Source of the DNA: Verrucomicrobiota bacterium | GTDB lineage: Bacteria; Verrucomicrobiota; Verrucomicrobiia; Verrucomicrobiales; Akkermansiaceae | Direction of reading: 5' to 3' | Assembly (NCBI GenBank): GCA_004293285.1 | Contig: RDYF01000026.1 | Location: 6,812 to 70,811, forward strand | DNA length: 64,000 nt | In this document: one piece after another, positions 9,355-19,500 of the stretch | Layout of the letters: every line of letters begins with the position of its first letter | Numbering within the stretch: position 1 is the first letter of the stretch | Made by a program: the position numbers and the translations under genes | The notes under the pieces: model-generated | The model's input: the letters and a program-made list of their open reading frames with translations, nothing else | Database searches by the model: none | What the model was told of the DNA's origin: nothing

Positions 9355-10092
9355 TTAGTGAGAAAGAATCGCCTGACGTTTGCGATTGATGGTGACTTCG
9401 CGCTCTTGGATGATGGAGTAGACTTCGTGCTCGCTCTTCGCAATGCTCAGAGCCGCTTTGGTGTGATCATCAAGCACGCGCGCCAAACGTGCCAATGTCT
9501 GCAAATGACCGCGATCATCGGTGGCAACCAGCAAGAAGAACAACTGGGTGTCGCTCAGGTCCTCTGCGCCAAAAGCAATGGGCCGACGAGTGCGGAGGAA
9601 GCGGATGAATGGCTTTGCGGCCAATTGTTTCAGTGTCCGACGTGGGTGGCAAATCGCCACGCCTCCCGTCAATGCCGTGCTGCACAATTCTTCCCGCTCT
9701 TTGAGCGAATCGAGCAAGGTGATGCGATCGGTAATCGCTCCCGTCTCGTAAGAAAAATCCACAAGCCGCCGCAAAAGCTCTGCTTTGTTCTGAATCGGCT
9801 CATCGAGCAAAATGCCCGCCTTCGACAACTGCAGTGTCACGGGATCGTACTCCTCGCTGTCCTTCGCTGGCGTGGCAATCTGATTCTCCAATTCGACCAC
9901 ATGCGTATGATCCAGAGTTTTGATTTTTTGCTCCAGCCAGCCAATCAACTCGGCGCGCTCAAACTTCCATTCCCCGCGGATCTCCAAACCGGGCAATTTC
10001 TCATGGCGCACCAGACTGTCGATGAATCGAGGACTCCAACCGAGCATTGCGGCCACTTCTCCTGTTGTTAAATATTGATGATTTTCACTCAT
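9355..10092 (-). CDS. Excisionase/MerR-type HTH domain fused to a PTS EIIA type-2 (PtsN-like) domain
   Basis: N-terminus [47 protein letters not shown] is HTH-like. The C-terminal half has [15 protein letters not shown]...[25 protein letters not shown], which is typical of EIIA(Ntr). Confidence 0.65.
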   Translation of the reverse strand: MSENHQYLTTGEVAAMLGWSPRFIDSLVRHEKLPGLEIRGEWKFERAELIGWLEQKIKTLDHTHVVELENQIATPAKDSEEYDPVTLQLSKAGILLDEPIQNKAELLRRLVDFSYETGAITDRITLLDSLKEREELCSTALTGGVAICHPRRTLKQLAAKPFIRFLRTRRPIAFGAEDLSDTQLFFLLVATDDRGHLQTLARLARVLDDHTKAALSIAKSEHEVYSIIQEREVTINRKRQAILSH

Positions 10093-10115
10093 AGTATTGT
10101 TAGGGTAATCAGATG

Positions 10116-10334
10116 TTAGGATTGATTCTTTTTTTTGTTTTTTGCCTTTCGAGCATCGGACGCTTTGGCTTCAAATCGAAATTTTTCAGTGCATTGGGAA
10201 TAAACCACAACACCATCTTGCAGATACAACTGCACCGTTCCGTAGCGGATGCGGCTCACATCTCTGACGACGACTTCGACCCATGACTCCTCGCTCAATG
10301 GCAAACGATCATTGTTTTCATTGATTTCACACAT
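10116..10334 (-). CDS. YezD/DUF2292-like small protein (72 aa)
   Basis: IRYGTVQLYLQDGVVVYSQCTEKFRF matches my recollection of the DUF2292 core (yGsv.i.vqdG.vvqie..ek.r). Lys-rich tail. Confidence 0.5.
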   Translation of the reverse strand: MCEINENNDRLPLSEESWVEVVVRDVSRIRYGTVQLYLQDGVVVYSQCTEKFRFEAKASDARKAKNKKKNQS

Positions 10335-10441
10335 AATTAACGAAGAATTTTTAATTCACACAAGATTGTATACATAAAACGGTATAGGTAAAGGAAATTG
10401 TTCATTTTTTGTTCAAAAAATTGTTACGAGTGAGGGGTGGA

Positions 10442-10494
10442 GAGCAGGGATTGCGGTAGCGCAACCCCTGCTCGATTTATTTGCTTTTTGTTTT
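10442..10494 (+). terminator. Strong stem-loop plus T-tract on the plus strand, an orphan intrinsic-terminator-like element
   Basis: GAGCAGGG-a-TTGCG-GTAG-CGCAA-c-CCCTGCTC (13 bp, 10442-10473) is followed by GATTTATTTGCTTTTTGTTTT. A second hairpin, CTCAGG-TGG-CCTGAG, lies at 10498-10512. Both flanking genes are on the minus strand, where there is no U-tract. Confidence 0.35.
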
Positions 10495-10538
10495 CGGCTC
10501 AGGTGGCCTGAGAATGGTTGAATGAGTGCTTCGAAATT

Positions 10539-13500
10539 TCAGAAAGAATCCTCCTTGTTTTCCTCGTCGTCTTCTTCCTCGCCGCCGCCATAGCCGAGGA
10601 CTTCGACATCGATCAGCGAGATGCCTTGCGCGAGTTCTTGCTCGGAGGATTCCTGATCTTGACGATTGGCGGCATCGCTCTGAGTGGTGTTGACATTGGC
10701 ATTATTGGCCGCAGTCACGGCCGAGATGCTGGGTGCGGAGGGGCCCGTGGGAGTGCCGACCGAGTTGCCTCCGACGGAAATGTTTCCTGCGTTCAACACT
10801 TGTTGTGCGGCGATGTTCAGATTGCCTGAAACTCGGATGCCCGCATCACCGGCATCGACCGTTCCGTTCGGTGCGATTAGATCGACATCACCGAGCGGCA
10901 CACCCGCCACAGCGGCCAAGGCACCAATGCCCCCACCCGTGGCGAGGCCGGCGAGGTCCGTTTGTACTGCGGCGCTCTGAGAATCAATCAGCACGCGGGT
11001 CGGCGGCGCGGAAGTAATCGTTTTGGACGAAGAACCTGCCGCGATGTCTCCTTTCGACGACCAAATGATTTGATTGCCGCCGCGAAGCGTGAAGATCCGA
11101 CCGATGCCGATATCGATATTGTTCTGCGCAAAAATGGAAATGTTGCCACCGAACTCCGTGATGATCCCTGGCGGAGAAGCGGGAGAGCCGATCACCGTAT
11201 CCGCGAGAGTCAATCCACCTCCGGGCATGGCGAGTTGAATTTCGCCACCTGCGGTGGTGCGAATGTTGCGCGCCCGCGTGAAAATGTTGCCTGCGGCAGG
11301 ATTTTCTCCCATCAGCAACTTGATCGCTCGCTCTGCGATGTCGTAATTTTGCGCAGTGGGGAAATTGCGCCCTGCATCGCGAAGGATCAACGAGAACACG
11401 CCGAGCGCGAGTCGCGATTGCTCTTCCTCCGAAAGCGTCGAGAAATTCACACCGGGCGCGAGCTTCTCAAGATACTTGGCTCCGCTTTCGGTATTGACGA
11501 ACTGATCGATGAAGCCGGACCAGTTCAAGGAGCTATTGGCTAGCGTAAAGGCTTGGGCAATGCCTGCGCCCAGAACCAAATTCGCCCCTGCCGAGGGGAG
11601 ATAGGGATTGCGCGTATTGCCAATGCTCGTCACCCCAGTGCCGGTGCCATCGGTAAAATCCAACCCAATTCCCAAGTCGAGATTGCGCCCCGCGAGGACT
11701 TGCAATGTTCCATTACCCGAAATCTGAATGTCTCCTGCGAGCGGAATGCTATCGATGTTGACAACATTCCCCGAACGGTTCGCCGCAATGCGCAGTGGCG
11801 AATTGGCGTTCGATAGAATGATATCGCGCCCGGCCGTGACCGATGTGGCATCGCTTGGTCTCGCATTTTGCAAATAGAAGGCAATGTCCGATAGATCTCT
11901 GCCGGCGTGAATCAAAGCGAATTTCGATGAAAACAAGGTCAGCCCCGAGATATCGCCCGTTCCTGCAAAAAGGCGCAAGGGATTGGGATCATCTCGATGC
12001 AGGATGCCTGGTGTGTGCAGGGTTTGCTTGTTTTCCAGAGCAGCAAAGGGACCACTGGTGGCACCGGTTTCTTGGAACAGGCGATTGATGAAGCTGAGGA
12101 AACCGGAGCGCGTCGACCGCGCCTGTGTCAAGTCATTGCCCACCAGCGTCTTGTATCCAAAGGGACTCGTGATGCCAGGAATCGCGGCGGGGTTAGCGTC
12201 CGATAGATTGATGCGCGCAGCACCCCATGATGTACTCGTGCCATTGAAAGTAACGCGTCCATTGGGTTGCAGGCCATCAATCGAATTCGCGGCAAGGATC
12301 TCCACATTGCCAGTCGACGAGGGCGTCAAATTCATTTGCCCGACCAAGCTCACCGATCCCGCGAGAGCGGTCGCAGAGAGCGTCGGTGGCAACAACGAGA
12401 CCGTCGTGCGGAATGGCTCTGCACTCGTTTCGGCAAGACGCAGCCAAGGTTGATAAAACGACGAAGTCACCGGGTTGGTTCGAAGGATCTGTTGTCGATC
12501 GATCCAAGCAGCGAGCAGCGACGTGGTATTGCCCGCGCCCGAAACCGGCAAGGTGGCACTTTGTCTCAGCGTTAGATTGCCTCCTAACGAAAGCGCATTC
12601 ACATAGCTATCGGCAGCATACGTGCTGAAATACGATTTCTGCCAAAACGTGTTGTTGATGCCAACAGGCAACAAAAAGACATTCGCCGTCGGACCGAGTA
12701 GCAGATTGCCTGAGGCCGTGACATCAAAGCCGCCTTTGCCCACAAACAGGGTGGTCGGCAACCATGTGTTCGCATCGAGAATGTTCGATGCCCCCGTGAG
12801 CTGGGTCACCGAAGGCGACCGGGTCGCATTGGTGATGATATTGCCGCCAGCGGAAATTTCGCCTTTGCCACGCTCGACATAATACACTCCGGCATCGAGA
12901 TCATTGCCTGCGCGAACCAATAGATCACCACCGCCCAACTCCAACATCTGAGAGGCATTCGGTGTGCCGCGCTCCATGCGCGCATTGGTGGGAATCACCG
13001 CGTCGACGTTGTTGATGTTGTTCGCAGCAACCATGCGCACGTTGCCTCCGCCCAGTGCTCCGACTCCTTGGAAGAAATTGCTGAAGTCCACCCACCATGT
13101 GGTAGAAGCCACATCGCCAAAGCGCGAGGTGCCAAACTCTCCCGTCAAGGGATCAACAAAGCCCCGACGATAGAGCCAGTTGTTCGGCAGTTGCCGCTGC
13201 GAGTCGGCGATGACCTGATTCTGGTTATTGCGTGTGATTCGTTCAATGTCCTGACCCGCAGTAAGCGAAACATTGCCACCTGCCATGGTGTATTGCACGG
13301 GATAGGTGGGGTTTTGCTGAATCGCACCTAAGGTCACATTGCCGCCACTTTGATCGAGGATCGGAAGGTCAAAGCGTCCGCCCATGGTCGGATCGAGCAC
13401 TTGCGTACCTGCCGTGTAAATGGTGGCAAACTGATTCAACAATTGCACACTGCGCCCGGTGTGGATGGAAATGTCTCCGGTGCCGGTGCGAATCACTTGA

Positions 13501-16500
13501 AAGCGATTGTTCAAGGCAAGCGCAGTCGTCGCATTGTTGCCCGGGGTATTGTTCGATCCGTTGCTGTTCGAGAAATTGCTCCCGTTGTTCTTGCCTAACA
13601 GCAAAGAACCATTTCCTGCCGCTAGCGATGGCAGGGCTAAGGTTTGACCAAAGTGGGCAGCACTAAGATCCGCACCAGCGACCAAGCGATAGGACCAAGA
13701 TTGCACATTGGCGGGCAACAGCAAATTGCGCGACAACAAGGGTGCGGTGTAGGCCGAGGAAACAAAACCGTCACTCAAAGCATTATGAAACACCAAGTTG
13801 CCTGAGGCTCGTAGCGTCAACACACCGGGAGCTTGATTGGGCCCCACGCGGAAATTGCCCAGATTCCAGTCCGCAGCAGCGGTCGATGTCGGCGTGCCTA
13901 AAGTCAGATTGCCATTGCGATTGATGATTTCCGCACCGGGCGCCAGGACCAAGGAAGAGGCCCATAGCGACTGACTCGACAACAAGCGATTCATCATCGT
14001 CGAGTAACCTGCCGAAGCATTTCCTGAAGTGCCCAGAAAACTCTCCGCGTCGGACCGAATCTGATTCTGCACCGCCGTCGTCATGGTGCCACCACTCGCC
14101 GTTAGATCATACAGTCGATAGGCTTCGGCGATGATCGAAGAAGCTCCGAGAATTTGACCGCTGATGGCTTGAATGGCGACATCTTGGTTGATACGAGGAG
14201 CGCGCAAATGCAATTGCCCCGTGAACTTGCCACGGCTGGCACTTTGAAGATCCGCTTCTGCCACTTGCAAGTTGATCAAAGAACCTGCTCGAATGTCGAG
14301 CACACCCGAACCCACGACTCCCAAGCGCTGACTCCCTGCTTCGAGTGTCACTTGGCCACCCTTGCCTGCATTGCTGAATTTCTGCGCCGAGGCATCGAGC
14401 TCAGCACCATCGAGCAAGCTGAGATTGCGATGGGCCGATAGATGAATCGTTCCTCCTTCCGTGCCGTTTGCAGCGATGCGACCACTGACTTCGATCGAGC
14501 CCTGATCGGCATACAAGCGGAATTCGCGCGCTTGCACATTGCCGTCTATGGTCACATCCCCTTGACGCACTCGGAAGCTTTGCCGCTGAGTAAACGCCGA
14601 ATTACTCAACTTTTCGGCAAACGCAGAAATCGTCGGAAGAGTGCTCACGTCGAACGCGACCGAACCATTTCTCCCATTACGGCCTGCTTGCCCCATGAGC
14701 TGACCCGCGAGTTCGATGCGACCTTGTGGCGCCGAGAGAGTAAGCGCACCTGCATCGCCGCCCGCAGCCTTGGCAGAGAGGTCCATCTTCGCTGTCGACG
14801 CGATCACGATGTTGCCGGTTTGCGATGCGAGCCCCACTTGACCTGCCGACGTGTAGCGTCGTGCACCACCGAAATTTCTCTCCGTGCCTGCAACATCGAT
14901 CGATCCACCGACGGTAATATCACCCACGCTTTCTAACGATAAAGATCCACTGGGAAGTTGGATTTCACTCTGCATCTGAATCGAATTCCCGATCAGGCGC
15001 AACGAGGCGCCAAGGCCCGAAGAAACCAAATTGCTGGTCGAGCTAGCATTCGTTACGACCAAATTTCCACCCGCAGTGATCGACCGCACGGACCCCGCAG
15101 TGCCGCTGATGCGCGGCGTCTGCACGTTCAAATCCGACTGCACCGAAAAGCCGCCATTGCTTTCGCCGAGGATGCCACGCGATGCTTGCAACTCCACTTG
15201 TGCGTAGTGTTGCGCCGCCGTTTGATTCACACCCAAGCGAATCCGATCCGCCACCAATCGCAAAGTACCATTGGTCGCTTGTGTGGGTTGAGCCACCGCA
15301 ATCTGATTCGGGTTTTGCAACACGATTTCACGCGCGGTGATTTGCGTCACTCCAGCATTTTGCTGCAATCCTTGAATCGTCGACGCGCTCAATCGCAAGG
15401 ATGTCAGCTGCGAGCTGCCGAAGGAACCGCTGCCATAGAGATCAATCGTCGAATAGCTCGACAAGTTGATGCTCGATGCGCTCTGCAAATCGCGCAAGGT
15501 GCGATTGGTCAAAACAAGACCGTTCGAGGGAGCTGTGAGTGTGTCGTCGAAAAGAATGTTGATTTTCCCAGCGCCAAAGGTTGACGCGGTCGACAACAAC
15601 GAAGCGGTTGGATCCAGTGACAAGCGTGACGTAGAATCGAAAATCGTAGCACCACCCTGAATTCGTGCGCCGCTGCCAATGCTGAGTAGTGGCACTGTCG
15701 AGGCAGTCACATTGCTGCGAACAAGCTCTGCCTGAGCATCCGCCGCCACGCGCAACAGTGCGCCGTCGCCCGATATCACGATTTTGTCGGCAGACGCCGT
15801 GGTGGTTGAGGTCGAACGGATCACCGAATTTGCCGACACCGTTACCTGATTTTTCGCTGCGAGGATGATGTCTTCCGCAACCAGCTCGACACCTTCATTG
15901 TCCACGATCACAGAACCACTGTTGACTTGAACGGCGACACCCGATTCGGTGCGCTTGCGGGTTCCTCCGATCAACAAGCTCGCAGCATTGAACTCACGCA
16001 ACACTTGCGCATTCAATTGAATGGCGTCAGACGCTTGGGACCACTGATTCGAAATTCGGAGATTCAACTGCGAACTGATATCGATCTCCGCACCTCTGCC
16101 ACCGGAGATCGACGGGGATAGGACCGTGCCACGCAAATCCATCGACTGAGAGGAAGAGATGCGCAAAGACCCAGAGTCCTTCGGCAACAGAGGAATCGAG
16201 GCATTCAGAGCTGTTGCGCTTTGCTGCAAAAATGCATTTGCGGAAAAATCCTGGTATTGCGCCCGCGCTCGCACGACGGCAGCGGGAACGACTTCGAATC
16301 GAGTTCCTACCGATGGGAAGGCGCGTTGTTGATTCAAGGCATTGTAACGCACACCCGTGACGATGGCCGCGCCATCAGGCGTTTGTACTGTTCCCACACT
16401 GTTTTGCTGGTTCGCTTGCACCATCAAGGCTCCAGGCAACAGAGCATAGCGAGCCGGCAACAAGGTGTAATACCCCGCTGGCAAATCTTTGCTAGCGCTC

Positions 16501-19500
16501 AGATAAATCCGATCGCCCACATTCAACTGACCATTCAGGTAGCCCGGAGCACCTTTGATCAAATTGTTCACATTCTGAGAATCATTGAATGCTGCAAAAG
16601 GCGCGATGTTCGCATCATATCCGGGAATGACGGCAAATCGCTGGGTGGAATCAAGAATGTCGGTAGGACCACCCAAACCTGGCACAAATCTCGTCGCATA
16701 CAAATCACCACCACCGCGAAGATCGATCGTCGACCCCGCTTCCTGGGTAATGTTTGCACCGAACAAACTCACGGTTTTCTGAGGGGGACCTGAAGCGGTA
16801 ATGTCGACTCCACGAGGATCAATCCACTGATTTCCGTTAGGGCTAAAACCATAGGGCAAAACCAAGCCTTTGCCGGTTTGCGGATCAACGCCCGATACCG
16901 ATGTGATGGACCCGTTGGCCAGCACCAAACTGGTCGTGACAGGAAACGGCCGCGCATTGCCTGTGAACCAATCGCGCGGCAAGTCTCCCGTGCCATCATA
17001 ACCCAAGCGAATCGATCCAAATGGCGCACGCAGGACACCTTGGTGATGGATGCTGGACGCGAATACGTTCAAGCTTCCGCCAGCCGACAAAGGCAAGCGC
17101 CGAGAACCCGATTGCTCGATCGAGATCGAACCCTTTTGCGCGCCTTGTGCGTTTTGATAATCGTAGGCGATCAACTGAAATTCGCTCGCCGTGGTGGGAT
17201 AAATTTGCGCCGCTTTGAGCTTCAAATCGCCGGCAATGATCATGGTGCCATTGCCGCGAATGTCTCCATTTTGCGCCGTCAATGACGCCGAACCCGTGCC
17301 TTGCAAACTCAATCCTCCTACGTCGATCGTATTTGCTACGATATCCATCGTACCAAGTCCATGTTTGGCAGGAATGATCAAGGGAAGATTGTTGAACAAG
17401 ATCGGGCTCACTTCTTCTTCAGGCAGTGCAGGTCGCTGGAATGGCAGACCGATGGAGACCGCTCCCGCTTCGATGGAAAGTGCCGACTCCCCGAAGAGCA
17501 AACCACGATCGGCAAGTTTGACTTCTCCTCTTGCACGAATCGCAACATCTTCCCGGACTTGCAACACGCCGCCGAGTGACAAGGAGTCGAAGCCGCCGTT
17601 GGCAAATGAATCGATCTGAAAAAATCCCTGTCCGCTTCCCAGATGGCTCGAAACAAATTGCCCCAATGGATTGCCGAGCAAAGGCTGTGTCAGAGTGGGT
17701 CCTCGTTGACCAATCGTCAGAGTAATGTCGGCGGGCGATTCGATTTCTGCGAGAGAGTAAAACCGATTCGACGAAACACTCAAAGTTCCACCCAGTGCCG
17801 TAGCGCCACCCGCATGGGCTTGCAGCGTGGCATCGGTGATCAACGATTGACCACCCCGCAGCACGATGGCTCCGCCATTGCTTTCCACCGTGACAGGCAC
17901 AAACTGCTCGACACGCGGCACGCTGACCACACCATTGTCGTTGAGCGCGAGGTTTGGTTGAAACACATTCGCCAAGGCTGGGTCGATGTCCAACACGCCA
18001 CTCGTGCCCGAAACATCGATCAAGGCGCCCGACTCGGCAACGATGTTGCCTTCAACGGTGATCGAGCCTCCAGAATAGACCGTTCCGATTCTCCGACCAA
18101 AGGGATCAGGTGTCAGCACCACCGAACCGCGTGCCGAAAGCACACTGTTGCATCCCAAGTGTGTGGTCGTCAGCGGTCGCGCAAAATCTCCAAAGATCGA
18201 GCTCGAGTTGCTCGCTCCCGAAATCTTGATGTCGCCCGCCGGTGTGATGATCGATCCTTGAATCGAAACCGCATTGGCAACCGCCGAAAACGATCCGCGC
18301 GATTCGAGCTGAATCAGCGAATTCGCTTCCATGACAATGCGGCCCACCGAAAGAAGTCCGCCCGTGAGAGTATCCGTCACACCAGGAGCCGAAAGATGAA
18401 TGCTCACGGGTTGACGCTCCCCTTCGACTGGCGCACGACCGAACAATTCTTCAAATGCTCCCACCGTGATACCTTCACCAGGTGCCTTGGCGACAGCTCC
18501 AAGAATTTTCTGCACCGGACGAATGATGGTGTTTTCTTTGATCGTGATCGCATCGCGCTGATCATTGCCCAAACCACGCAGGAGAAAGCGCTGGAATCCG
18601 CCTTCACTGAAAAATTCCGGTGCGATCCAAAACGCATCAGCGTCCGCTGTCGATCCACCGATTTGCAAGAAAGGGGCCTGCAATGATAAGGTGCCACCGC
18701 GCTTGCCTGAATACCCTAACAAGTTTCCTTTGAGCGACAATCCGCCGCCAGTGATCGAAGAAACCAAAGGATCTTGACCAGCTTTGAGAGTGATGGTTCC
18801 GCCATCCCCAAAGACCCCTACTCCTTGCGGGCTCAGCGCGTAACCACCGGAAACATCGATCACACTCTTTTCTTCCAAGTTCAGCGAGAGAGCTTGGATG
18901 GATACACTACCTCCTTGAATCGTGACGGGGGTCGAACCAGAAGAACTGGTCCGGTCATCGGTGATCGATCCCGAAACGTCCAACCGCGCATTGGCTCCCA
19001 AGCGGAAAATGCCACGACCCGGTTGTAGGGTTGGAAGTTCCGGCACTTGCTGACCTAACAACACTGCCGTAAGAAAGGGCGATACATTCAAGGCGCGGAA
19101 AGACAACTGACCGCCGGGTGCATGGACATTTCCTGCCACATCGATGATCGATGCACTCAACGACAAAGCTCCGCCTGGACCCATGGTGATGTTGGTCGAT
19201 TCGGGAATGATGATTCGTCCCAATTCATTATGAATCGTCAACGAACCCATGCCGCGCGACTGCAAGACATCGGCATCGATCTGCACGAGATTTCTGCGAC
19301 TTTCGGCGATCGGTGTCGGATTGCCATTTTCATCTAACGAAAAATCAGCAACATCTGGCACATCATCATTTGGTTCAAAAACGACATCGACCGAATCGGG
19401 ATAAGTGATGAAGAAATTGGGTGATGTGCTTTGTTGTCCGCGGAAGTTCAAGATCATGCTTCCTGCTTTCGGAAGAGAGCTACTGAGCAAATTGTTGCGA

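Noticed and set aside
9333-9443. A 37-aa N-terminal extension of cysK in the ORF track (and similarly 37284-37376 for the second cysK, and 61536-61853 for the 1702-aa ORF)
   Set aside because: The extensions overlap or abut upstream genes, lack homology to the families, and internal ATGs give canonical N-termini or signal peptides.
10116-11000. A CDI-type toxin/immunity pair (TpsA C-terminus plus the small downstream ORF)
   Set aside because: There is no VENN or pre-toxin motif and no toxin-like C-terminal domain. The small ORF is 200 bp away behind an AT-rich spacer and looks like a YezD/DUF2292 protein heading its own operon.
17643-18686. 347-aa plus-strand ORF and many other 60-240-aa ORFs inside 10539-21740
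   Set aside because: All are antisense or out of frame within the 3733-aa TpsA gene. They are Arg-rich shadow ORFs.
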